From assembly GCA_964016885.1 (NCBI GenBank), contig OZ024744.1, positions 3,472,001 through 3,536,000 of the forward strand: 64,000 nt of DNA. Reading direction: 5' to 3'. The position numbers and the translations under genes were made by a program. Of this stretch, positions 1 to 12,300 are shown in pieces (within the stretch, counting starts at the first letter, position 1; every line of letters starts with the position of its first letter). The notes beneath the pieces are model-generated. The model did no database searches. It was not told the DNA's origin and worked only from the letters and a program-made list of their open reading frames with translations. The DNA comes from Eledone cirrhosa. Its lineage: Eukaryota.

Positions 1-3000
1 TTGAGGGAAGACAAGGTAGAGAAAGATAGCTTGGTGAAGAACGAAGTTTTGGGGAAGACAATGTAGAGAAAGATAGCTTGGTGAAGAACGAAGTTTTGGG
101 GGAAGACAAGGTAGAGAAAGATAGCTTGGTGAAGAACGAAGTTTTGGGGGGAAGACAAGGTAGAGAAAGATAGCTTGGTGAAGAACGACGTTTTGAGGGA
201 AGACAAGGTAGAGAAAGATAGCTTGGTGAAGAACGAAGTTATGGGGAAGACAATGTAGAGAAAGATAGCTTGGTGAAGAACGAAGTTTTGGGGGAAGACA
301 AGGTAGAGAAAGATAGCTTGGTGAAGAACGAAGTTTTGGGGGAAGACAAGGTAGAGAAAGATAGATTGGTGATGAACGAAGTTTTGAGGGATGACAAGGT
401 AGAGAAAGATGACTTGGTGAAGAACGAAGTTTTGGGGGAAGACAAGGTAGAGAAAGATAGCTTGGTGAAGAACGAAGTTTTGGGGGAAGACAAGGTAGAG
501 AAAGATAGCTTGGTGAAGAAGGAAGTTTTGGGGGAAGACAAGGTAGAGAAATATAGCTTGGTGAAGAACGAAGTTTTGAGGGAAGACAAGGTAGAGAAAG
601 ATAGCTTGGTGAAGAACGACGTTTTGTGGGAAGACAAGGTAGAGAAAGATAGCTTGGTGAAGAACGACGTTTTGAGGGAAGACAAGGTAGAGAAAGATAG
701 CTTGGTGAAGAACGACGTTTTGTGGGAAGACAAGGTAGAAAAAGATAGCTTGGTGAAGAACGAAGTTTTGGGGGAAGACAAGGTAGAGAAAGATAGCTTG
801 CGAAGAACGAAGTTTTGGGGCAAGACAAGGTAGAGAAAGATAGCTTGGTGAAGAACGAAGTTTTGGTGGAGGACAAGGTAGAGAAAGATAGCTTGGTGAA
901 GAACGACGTTTTGAGGGAAGACAAGGTAGAGAAAGATAGCTTGGTGAAGAACGAAATTTTGACGGAAGACAAGGTAGAGAAAGATAGCTTGGTGAAGAAT
1001 GACGTTTTGTGGGAAGACAAGGTAGAGAAAGATAGCTTGGTGAAGAACGAAGTTTTGGGGGAAGACAAGGTAGAGAAAGATAGCTTGGTGAAGAACGAAG
1101 TTTTGGGGAAGACAATGTAGAGAAAGATATATTGGTGAAGAACGAAGTTTTGGGTGAAGACAAGGTAGAGAAAGATAGCTTGGTGAAGAACGAAGTTTTG
1201 AGGGAAGACAAGGTAGAGAAAGATAGCTTTGTGAAGAACGAAGTTTTGGGGAAGACAATGTAGAGAAAGATAGCTTGGTGAAGAACGAAGTTTTGGAGGA
1301 AGACAAGGTAGAGAAAGATAGCTTGGTGAAGAACGAAGTTTTGGGGAAAGACAAGGTAGAGAAAGATAGCTTGGTGAAGAACGAAGTTTTGGGGGAAGTC
1401 AAGGTAGAGAAAGATAGCTTGGTGAAGAACGAAGTTTTGGGGGAAGACAAGGTAGAGAAAGATAGCTTGGTGAAGAACGAAGTTTTGGGGAAGACAATGT
1501 AGAGAAAGATAGCTTGGTGAAGAACGAAGTTTTGGGGGAAGACAAGGTAGAGAAAGATAGCTTGGTGAATAACAAAGTTTTGGGAGAAGACAAGGTCGAG
1601 AAAGATAGCTTGGTGAAGAACGAAATTTTGAGGGAAGACAAGGTAGAGAAAGATAGCTTGGTGAAGAACGACGTTTTGAGGGAAGACAAGATAGAGAAAG
1701 ATAGCTTGGTGAAGAACGACGTTTTGTGGGAAGACAAGGTAGAGAAAGATAGCTTGGTGAAGAACGAAGTTTTGAGGGAAGACAAGGTAGAGAAAGATAG
1801 CTTGGTGAAGAACGACGTTTTGTGGGAAGACAAGGTAGAGAAAGATAGCTTGGTGAAGAACGAAGTTTTGTGGGAAGACAAGGTAGAGAAAGATAGCTTG
1901 GTGAAGAACGAAGTTTTGGGGGAAGACAAGGTAGAGAAAGATAGCTTGGTGAACAACGAAGTTTTGGGGGAAGACAAGGTAGAGAAAGATAGCTTGGTGA
2001 AGAACGAAGTTTTGGGGAAGACAATGTAGAGAAAGATATATTGGTGAAGAACGAAGTTTTGGGGGAAGACAAGGTAGAGAAAGATAGCTTGGTGAAGAAC
2101 GAAGTTTTTAGGGAAGACAAGGTAGAGAAAGATATCTTGGTGAATAACGAAGTTTTGGGAGAAGACAAGGTAGAGAAAGATAGCTTGGTGAAGAACGACG
2201 TGTTGAGGGAAGACAAGGTAGAGAAAGATAGCTTGGTGAAGAACGAAGTTTTGGGGAAGACAATGTAGAGAAAGATAGCTTGGTGAAGAACGAAGTTTTG
2301 GGGGAAGACAAGGTAGAGAAAGATAGCTTGGTGAAGAACGAAGTTTTGGGGGGAAGACAAGGTAGAGAAAGATAGCTTGGTGAAGAACGACGTTTTGTGG
2401 GAAGACAAGGTAGAGAAAGATAGCTTGGTGAAGAACGAAGTTTTGGGGAAAGACAAGGTAGAGAAAGATAGCTTGGTGAAGAACGAAATTTTGGGGGAAG
2501 ACAAGGTAGAGAAAGATAGCTTGGTGAAGAACGAAGTTTTGGGGGAAGACAAGGTAGAGAAAGATAGCTTGGTGAAGAACGAAGTTTTGGGGAAGACAAT
2601 GTAGAGAAAGATAGCTTGGTGAAGAACGAAGTTTTGGGGGAAGACAAGGTAGAGAAAGATAGCTTGGTGAAGAACGAAGTTTTGGGGGAAGTCAAGGTAG
2701 AGAAAGATAGCTTGGTGAAGAACGAAGTTTTGGGGGAAGACAAGGTAGAGAAAGATAGCTTGGTGAAGAACGAAGTTTTGGGGAAGACAATGTAGAGAAA
2801 GATAGCTTGGTGAAGAACGAAGTTTTGGGGGAAGACAAGGTAGAGAAAGATAGCTTGGTGAATAACAAAGTTTTGGGAGAAGACAAGGTCGAGAAAGATA
2901 GCTTGGTGAAGAACGAAATTTTGAGGGAAGACAAGGTAGAGAAAGATAGCTTGGTGAAGAACGACGTTTTGAGGGAAGGCAAGATAGAGAAAGATAGCTT

Positions 3001-6000
3001 GGTGAAGAACGACGTTTTGTGGGAAGACAAGGTAGAGAAAGATAGCTTGGTGAAGAACGAAGTTTTGGGGGAAGACAAGGTAGAGAAAGATAGCTTGGTG
3101 AAGAACGAAGTTTTGGGGGAAGACAAGGTAGAGAAAGATAGCTTGGTGAAGAACGATGTTTTGGGGAAGACAATGTAGAGAAAGATAGCTTGGTGAAGAG
3201 CGAAGTTTTGGGGGAAGACAAGGTAGAGAAAGATAGCTTGGTGAAGAACGAAGTTTTGAGGGAAGACAAGGTATAGAAAGATAGCTTGGTGAATAACGAA
3301 GTTTTGGGAGAAGACAAGGTCGAGAAAGATAGCTTGGTGAAGAACGAAGTTTTGAGGGAAGACAAGGTAGAGAAAGATAGCTTGGTGAAGAACGAAGTTT
3401 TGGGGGAAGACAAGGTAGAGAAAGATAGCTTGGTGAAGAACGAAGTTTTGGGGGAAGACAAGGTAGAGAAAGATAGCTTGGTGAAGAACGAAGTTTTGAG
3501 GGAAGACAAGGTAGAGAAAGATAGCTTGGTGAAGAACGACGTTTTGTGGGAAGACAAGGTAGAGAAAGATAGCTTGGTGAAGAACGAAGTTTTGTGGGAA
3601 GACAAGGTAGAGAAAGATAGCTTGGTGAAGAACGAAGTTTTGGGGGAAGACAAGGTAGAGAAAGATAGCTTGGTGAACAACGAAGTTTTGGGGGAAGACA
3701 AGGTAGAGAAAGATAGCTTGGTGAAGAACGAAGTTTTGGGGAAGACAATGTAGAGAAAGATATATTGGTGAAGAACGAAGTTTTGGGGGAAGACAAGGTA
3801 GAGAAAGATAGCTTGGTGAAGAACGAAGTTTTGAGGGAAGACAAGGTAGAGAAAGATAGCTTGGTGAATAACGAAGTTTTGGGAGAAGACAAGGTAGAGA
3901 AAGATAGCTTGGTGAAGAACGACGTGTTGAGGGAAGACAAGGTAGAGAAAGATAGCTTGGTGAAGAACGAAGTTTTGGGGAAGACAATGTAGAGAAAGAT
4001 AGCTTGGTGAAGAACGAAGTTTTGGGGGAAGACAAGGTAGAGAAAGATAGCTTGGTGAAGAACGAAGTTTTGGGGGGAAGACAAGGTAGAGAAAGATAGC
4101 TTGGTGAAGAACGACGTTTTGTGGGAAGACAAGGTAGAGAAAGATAGCTTGGTGAAGAACGAAGTTTTGGGGAAAGACAAGGTAGAGAAAGATAGCTTGG
4201 TGAAGAACGAAATTTTGGGGGAAGACAAGGTAGAGAAAGATAGCTTGGTGAAGAACGAAGTTTTGGGGGAAGACAAGGTAGAGAAAGATAGCTTGGTGAA
4301 GAACGAAGTTTTGGGGAAGACAATGTAGAGAAAGATAGCTTGGTGAAGAACGAAGTTTTGGGGGAAGACAAGGTAGAGAAAGATAGCTTGGTGAATAACA
4401 AAGTTTTGGGAGAAGACAAGGTCGAGAAAGATAGCTTGGTGAAGAACGAAATTTTGAGGGAAGACAAGGTAGAGAAAGATAGCTTGGTGAAGAACGACGT
4501 TTTGAGGGAAGACAAGATAAAGAAAGATAGCTTGGTGAAGAACGACGTTTTGTGGGAAGACAAGGTAGAGAAAGATAGCTTGGTGAAGAACGAAGTTTTG
4601 GGGGAAGACAAGGTAGAGAAAGATAGCTTGGTGAAGAACGAAGTTTTGGGGGAAGACAAGGTAGAGAAAGATAGCTTGGTGAAGAACGATGTTTTGGGGA
4701 AGACAATGTAGAGAAAGATAGCTTGGTGAAGAACGAAGTTTTGGGGGAAGACAAGGTAGAGAAAGATAGCTTGGTGAAGAACGAAGTTTTGAGGGAAGAC
4801 AAGGTATAGAAAGATAGCTTGGTGAATAACGAAGTTTTGGGAGAAGACAAGGTAGAGAAAGATAGCTTGGTGAAGAACGAAGTTTTGAGGGAAGACAATG
4901 TAGAGAAAGATAGCTTGGTGAAGAACGAAGTTTTGGGGGAAGACAAGGTAGAGAAAGATAGCTTGGTGAAGAACGAAGTTTTGGGGGAAGACAAGGTAGA
5001 GAAAGATAGCTTGGTGAAGAACGAAGTTTTGAGGGAAGACAAGGTAGAGAAAGGTAGCTTGGTGAAGAACGACGTTTTGTGGGAAGACAAGGTAGAGAAA
5101 GATAGCTTGGTGAAGAACGAAGTTTTGTGGGAAGACAAGGTAGAGAAAGATAGCTTGGTGAAGAACGAAGTTTTGGGGGAAGACAAGGTAGAGAAATATA
5201 GCTTGGTGAAGAACGAAGTTTTGGGGGAAGACAAGGTAGAGAAAGATAGCTTGGTGAACAACGAAGTTTTGGGGGAAGACAAGGTAGAGAAAGATAGCTT
5301 GGTGAAGAACGAAGTTTTGGGGAAGACAATGTAGAGAAAGATATATTGGTGAAGAACGAAGTTTTGGGGGAAGACAAGGTAGAGAAAGATAGCTTGGTGA
5401 AGAACGAAGTTTTGAGGGAAGACAAGGTAGAGAAAGATAGATTGGTGAATAACGAAGTTTTGGGAGAAGACAAGGTAGAGAAAGATAGCTTGGTGAAGAA
5501 CGACGTTTTGAGGGAAGACAAGGTAGAGAAAGATAGCTTGGTGAAGAACGAAGTTTTGGGGAAGACAATGTAGAGAAAGATAGCTTGGTGAAGAACGAAG
5601 TTTTGGGGGAAGACAAGGTAGAGAAAGATAGCTTGGTGAAGAACGAAGTTTTGGGGGGAAGACAAGGTAGAGAAAGATAGCTTGGTGAAGAACGACGTTT
5701 TGAGGGAAGACAAGGTAGAGAAAGATAGCTTGGTGAAGAACGAAGTTATGGGGAAGACAATGTAGAGAAAGATAGCTTGGTGAAGAACGAAGTTTTGGGG
5801 GAAGACAAGGTAGAGAAAGATAGCTTGGTGAAGAACGAAGTTTTGGGGGAAGACAAGGTAGAGAAAGATAGATTGGTGATGAACGAAGTTTTGAGGGATG
5901 ACAAGGTAGAGAAAGATGACTTGGTGAAGAACGAAGTTTTGGGGGAAGACAAGGTAGAGAAAGATAGCTTGGTGAAGAACGAAGTTTTGGGGGAAGACAA

Positions 6001-7277
6001 GGTAGAGAAAGATAGCTTGGTGAAGAAGGAAGTTTTGGGGGAAGACAAGGTAGAGAAATATAGCTTGGTGAAGAACGAAGTTTTGAGGGAAGACAAGGTA
6101 GAGAAAGATAGCTTGGTGAAGAACGACGTTTTGTGGGAAGACAAGGTAGAGAAAGATAGCTTGGTGAAGAACGACGTTTTGAGGGAAGACAAGGTAGAGA
6201 AAGATAGCTTGGTGAAGAACGACGTTTTGTGGGAAGACAAGGTAGAAAAAGATAGCTTGGTGAAGAACGAAGTTTTGGGGGAAGACAAGGTAGAGAAAGA
6301 TAGCTTGCGAAGAACGAAGTTTTGGGGCAAGACAAGGTAGAGAAAGATAGCTTGGTGAAGAACGAAGTTTTGGTGGAGGACAAGGTAGAGAAAGATAGCT
6401 TGGTGAAGAACGACGTTTTGAGGGAAGACAAGGTAGAGAAAGATAGCTTGGTGAAGAACGAAATTTTGACGGAAGACAAGGTAGAGAAAGATAGCTTGGT
6501 GAAGAATGACGTTTTGTGGGAAGACAAGGTAGAGAAAGATAGCTTGGTGAAGAACGAAGTTTTGGGGGAAGACAAGGTAGAGAAAGATAGCTTGGTGAAG
6601 AACGAAGTTTTGGGGAAGACAATGTAGAGAAAGATATATTGGTGAAGAACGAAGTTTTGGGTGAAGACAAGGTAGAGAAAGATAGCTTGGTGAAGAACGA
6701 AGTTTTGAGGGAAGACAAGGTAGAGAAAGATAGCTTTGTGAAGAACGAAGTTTTGGGGAAGACAATGTAGAGAAAGATAGCTTGGTGAAGAACGAAGTTT
6801 TGGAGGAAGACAAGGTAGAGAAAGATAGCTTGGTGAAGAACGAAGTTTTGGGGAAAGACAAGGTAGAGAAAGATAGCTTGGTGAAGAACGAAGTTTTGGG
6901 GGAAGTCAAGGTAGAGAAAGATAGCTTGGTGAAGAACGAAGTTTTGGGGGAAGACAAGGTAGAGAAAGATAGCTTGGTGAAGAACGAAGTTTTGGGGAAG
7001 ACAATGTAGAGAAAGATAGCTTGGTGAAGAACGAAGTTTTGGGGGAAGACAAGGTAGAGAAAGATAGCTTGGTGAATAACAAAGTTTTGGGAGAAGACAA
7101 GGTCGAGAAAGATAGCTTGGTGAAGAACGAAATTTTGAGGGAAGACAAGGTAGAGAAAGATAGCTTGGTGAAGAACGACGTTTTGAGGGAAGACAAGATA
7201 GAGAAAGATAGCTTGGTGAAGAACGACGTTTTGTGGGAAGACAAGGTAGAGAAAGATAGCTTGGTGAAGAACGAAGT
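1..7277 (+). repeat. Higher-order duplication with 5,507-bp offset (1-~1770 repeated at 5508-~7277)
   Basis: Identical ORF strings at 270/5777, 815/6322 and 1275/6782. Rare shared variants: AAGAAGGAAG (~521/~6028) and TTGGGTGAAG (~1150/~6657). The copies diverge inside the 1514 and 7021 ORFs. Confidence 0.88.
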
Positions 7278-7403
7278 TTTGGGGGAAGACAAGGTAGAGA
7301 AAGATAGCTTGGTGAAGAACGAAGTTTTGGGGGAAGACAAGGTAGAGAAAGATAGCTTGGTGAAGAACGATGTTTTGGGGAAGACAATGTAGAGAAAGAT
7401 AGC

Positions 7404-9310
7404 TTGGTGAAGAGCGAAGTTTTGGGGAAGACAAGGTAGAGAAAGATAGCTTGGTGAAGAACGAAGTTTTGAGGGAAGACAAGGTATAGAAAGATAGCTT
7501 GGTGAATAACGAAGTTTTGGGAGAAGACAAGGTCGAGAAAGATAGCTTGGTGAAGAACGAAGTTTTGAGGGAAGACAATGTAGAGAAAGATAGCTTGGTG
7601 AAGAACGAAGTTTTGGGGGAAGACAAGGTAGAGAAAGATAGCTTGGTGAAGAACGAAGTTTTGGGGGAAGACAAGGTAGAGAAAGATAGCTTGGTGAAGA
7701 ACGAAGTTTTGAGGGAAGACAAGGTAGAGAAAGATAGCTTGGTGAAGAACGACGTTTTGTAAGAAGACAAGGTAGAGAAAGATAGCTTGGTGAAGAACGA
7801 AGTTTTGTGGGAAGACAAGGTAGAGAAAGATAGCTTGGTGAAGAACGAAGTTTTGGGGTAAGACAAGGTAGAGAAAGATAGCTTGGTGAAGAACGAAGTT
7901 TTGGGGAAGACAATGTAGAGAAAGATATATTGGTGAAGAACGAAGTTTTGGGGGAAGACAAGGTAGAGAAAGATAGCTTGGTGAAGAACGAAGTTTTGAG
8001 GGAAGACAAGGTAGAGAAAGATAGCTTGGTGAATAACGAAGTTTTGGGAGGAGACAAGGTAGAGAAAGATAGCTTGGTGAAGAACGACGTTTTGAGGGAA
8101 GACAAGGTAGAGAAAGATAGCTTGGTGAAGAACGAAGTTTTGGGGAAGACAATGTAGAGAAAGATAGCTTGGTGAAGAACGAAGTTTTGGGGGAAGACAA
8201 GGTAGAGAAAGATAGCTTGGTGAAGAACGAAGTTTTGGGGGGAAGACAAGGTAGAGAAAGATAGCTTGGTGAAGAACGACGTTTTGTGGGAAGACAAGGT
8301 AGAGAAAGATAGCTTGGTGAAGAACGAAGTTTTGGGGAAGACAATGTAGAGAAAGATAGCTTGGTGAAGAGCGAAGTTTTGGGGGAAGACAAGGTAGAGA
8401 AAGATAGCTTGGTGAAGAACGAAGTTTTGAGGGAAGACAAGGTATAGAAAGATAGCTTGGTGAATAACGAAGTTTTGGGAGAAGACAAGGTCGAGAAAGA
8501 TAGCTTGGTGAAGAACGAAGTTTTGAGGGAAGACAATGTAGAGAAAGATAGCTTGGTGAAGAACGAAGTTTTGGGGGAAGACAAGGTAGAGAAAGATAGC
8601 TTGGTGAAGAACGAAGTTTTGGGGGAAGACAAGGTAGAGAAAGATAGCTTGGTGAAGAACGAAGTTTTGAGGGAAGACAAAGTAGAGAAAGATAGCTTGG
8701 TGAAGAACGACGTTTTGTAAGAAGACAAGGTAGAGAAAGATAGCTTGGTGAAGAACGAAGTTTTGTGGGAAGACAAGGTAGAGAAAGATAGCTTGGTGAA
8801 GAACGAAGTTTTGGGGGAAGACAAGGTAGAGAAAGATAGCTTGGTGAAGAACGAAGTTTTGGGGAAGACAATGTAGAGAAAGATATATTGGTGAAGAACG
8901 AAGTTTTGGGGGAAGACAAGGTAGAGAAAGATAGCTTGGTGAAGAACGAAGTTTTGAGGGAAGACAAGGTAGAGAAAGATAGCTTGGTGAATAACGAAGT
9001 TTTGGGAGGAGACAAGGTAGAGAAAGATAGCTTGGTGAAGAACGACGTTTTGAGGGAAGACAAGGTAGAGAAAGATAGCTTGGTGAAGAACGAAGTTTTG
9101 GGGAAGACAATGTAGAGAAAGATAGCTTGGTGAAGAACGAAGTTTTGGGGGAAGACAAGGTAGAGAAAGATAGCTTGGTGAAGAACGAAGTTTTGGGGGG
9201 AAGACAAGGTAGAGAAAGATAGCTTGGTGAAGAACGACGTTTTGTGGGAAGACAAGGTAGAGAAAGATAGCTTGGTGAAGAACGAAGTTTTGGGGAAAGA
9301 CAAGGTAGAG
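7404..9310 (+). repeat. Tandem duplication of a ~958-bp (20-monomer) unit
   Basis: ORFs at 7499/8457 and 7930/8888 are offset by 958. The variants TTTTGTAAGAAG (~7755/~8713) and GGGAGGAGAC (~8046/~9004) were seen only here. Confidence 0.88.
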
Positions 9311-12300
9311 AAAGATAGCTTGGTGAAGAACGAAATTTTGGGGGAAGACAAGGTAGAGAAAGATAGCTTGGTGAAGAACGAAGTTTTGGGGGAAGACAAG
9401 GTAGAGAAAGATAGCTTGGTGAAGAACGAAGTTTTGGGGAAGACAATGTAGAGAAAGATAGCTTGGTGAAGAACGAAGTTTTGGGGGAAGACAAGGTAGA
9501 GAAAGATAGCTTGGTGAATAACAAAGTTTTGGGAGAAGACAAGGTCGAGAAAGATAGCTTGGTGAAGAACGAAATTTTGAGGGAAGACAAGGTAGAGAAA
9601 GATAGCTTGGTGAAGAACGACGTTTTGAGGGAAGACAAGATAAAGAAAGATAGCTTGGTGAAGAACGACGTTTTGTGGGAAGACAAGGTAGAGAAAGATA
9701 GCTTGGTGAAGAACGAAGTTTTGGGGAAGACAATGTAGAAAAGATATATTGGTGAAGAACGAAGTTTTGGGGGAAGACAAGGTAGAGAAAGATAGCTTGG
9801 TGAAGAACGAAGTTTTGAGGGAAGACAAGGTAGAGAAAGATAGCTTTGTGAAGAACGAAGTTTTGGGGAAGACAATGTAGAGAAAGATAGCTTGGTGAAG
9901 AACGAAGTTTTGGAGGAAGACAAGGTAGAGAAAGATAGCTTGGTGAAGAACGAAGTTTTGGGGAAAGACAAGGTAGAGAAAGATAGCTTGGTGAAGAACG
10001 AAGTTTTGGGGGAAGTCAAGGTAGAGAAAGATAGCTTGGTGAAGAACGAAGTTTTGGGGGAAGACAAGGTAGAGAAAGATAGCTTGGCGAAGAACGAAGT
10101 TTTGGGGAAGACAATGTAGAGAAAGATAGCTTGGTGAAGAACGAAGTTTTGGGGGAAGACAAGGTAGAGAAAGATAGCTTGGTGAATAACAAAGTTTTGG
10201 GAGAAGACAAGGTCGAGAAAGATAGCTTGGTGAAGAACGAAATTTTGAGGGAAGACAAGGTAGAGAAAGATAGCTTGGTGAAGAACGACGTTTTGTGGGA
10301 AGACAAGGTAGAGAAAGATAGCTTGGTGAAGAACGACGTTTTGAGGGAAGACAAGGTAGAGAAAGATAGCTTGGTGAAGAACGAAGTTTTGGGGGAAGAC
10401 AAGGTAGAGAAAGATAGCTTGGTGAAGAACGAAGTTTTGGGGGAAGACAAGGTAGAGAAAGATAGCTTGGTGAAGAACGATGTTTTGGGGAAGACAATGT
10501 AGAGAAAGATAGCTTGGTGAAGAGCGAAGTTTTGGGGGAAGACAAGGTAGAGAAAGATAGCTTGGTGAAGAACGAAGTTTTGAGGGAAGACAAGGTATAG
10601 AAAGATAGCTTGGTGAATAACGAAGTTTTGGGAGAAGACAAGGTCGAGAAAGATAGCTTGGTGAAGAACGAAGTTTTGGGGGAAGACAAGGTAGAGAAAG
10701 ATAGCTTGGTGAAGAACGAAGTTTTGGGGGAAGACAAGGTAGAGAAAGATAGCTTAGTGAAGAACGAAGTTTTGAGGGAAGACAAGGTAGAGAAAGATAG
10801 CTTAGTGAAGAACGACGTTTTGTGGGAAGACAAGGTAGAGAAAGATAGCTTGGTGAAGAACGAAGTTTTGTGGGAAGACAAGGTAGAGAAAGATAGCTTG
10901 GTGAAGAACGAAGTTTTGGGGGAAGACAAGGTAGAGAAAGATAGCTTGGTGAACAACGAAGTTTTGGGGGAAGACAAGGTAGAGAAAGATAGCTTGGTGA
11001 AGAACGAAGTTTTGGGGAAGACAATGTAGAGAAAGATATATTGGTGAAGAACGAAGTTTTGGGGGAAGACAAGGTAGAGAAAGATAGCTTGGTGAAGAAC
11101 GAAGTTTTGAGGGAAGACAAGGTAGAGAAAGATAGCTTGGTGAATAACGAAGTTTTGGGAGAAGACAAGGTAGAGAAAGATAGCTTGGTGAAGAACGACG
11201 TTTTGAGGGAAGACAAGGTAGAGAAAGATAGCTTGGTGAAGAACGAAGTTTTGGGGAAGACAATGTAGAGAAAGATAGCTTGGTGAAGAACGAAGTTTTG
11301 GGGGAAGACAAGGTAGAGAAAGATAGCTTGGTGAAGAACGAAGTTTTGGGGGGAAGACAAGGTAGAGAAAGATAGCTTGGTGAAGAACGACGTTTTGTGG
11401 GAAGACAAGGTAGAGAAAGATAGCTTGGTGAAGAACGAAGTTTTGGGGAAAGACAAGGTAGAGAAAGATAGCTTGGTGAAGAACGAAATTTTGGGGGAAG
11501 ACAAGGTAGAGAAAGATAGCTTGGTGAAGAACGAAGTTTTGGGGGAAGACAAGGTAGAGAAAGATAGCTTGGTGAAGAACGAAGTTTTGGGGAAGACAAT
11601 GTAGAGAAAGATAGCTTGGTGAAGAACGAAGTTTTGGGGGAAGACAAGGTAGAGAAAGATAGCTTGGTGAATAACAAAGTTTTGGGAGAAGACAAGGTCG
11701 AGAAAGATAGCTTGGTGAAGAACGAAATTTTGAGGGAAGACAAGGTAGAGAAAGATAGCTTGGTGAAGAACGACGTTTTGAGGGAAGACAAGATAAAGAA
11801 AGATAGCTTGGTGAAGAACGACGTTTTGTGGGAAGACAAGGTAGAGAAAGATAGCTTGGTGAAGAACGAAGTTTTGGGGGAAGACAAGGTAGAGAAAGAT
11901 AGCTTGGTGAAGAACGAAGTTTTGGGGGAAGACAAGGTAGAGAAAGATAGCTTGGTGAAGAACGATGTTTTGGGGAAGACAATGTAGAGAAAGATAGCTT
12001 GGTGAAGAACGAAGTTTTGGGGGAATACAAGGTAGAGAAAGATAGCTTGGTGAAGAACGAAGTTTTGAGGGAAGACAAGGTATAGAAAGATAGCTTGGTG
12101 AATAACGAAGTTTTGGGAGAAGACAAGGTAGAGAAAGATAGCTTGGTGAAGAACGAAGTTTTGAGGGAAGACAATGTAGAGAAAGATAGCTTGGTGAAGA
12201 ACGAAGTTTTGGGGGAAGACAAGGTAGAGAAAGATAGCTTGGTGAAGAACGAAGTTTTGGGGGAAGACAAGGTAGAGAAAGATAGCTTGGTGAAGAACGA

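Noticed and set aside
47-54. TTTTGGGG, identical to the hypotrich ciliate (Oxytricha/Euplotes) telomere repeat
   Set aside because: It occurs once per monomer and never in tandem, so it is most likely a chance 8-mer.
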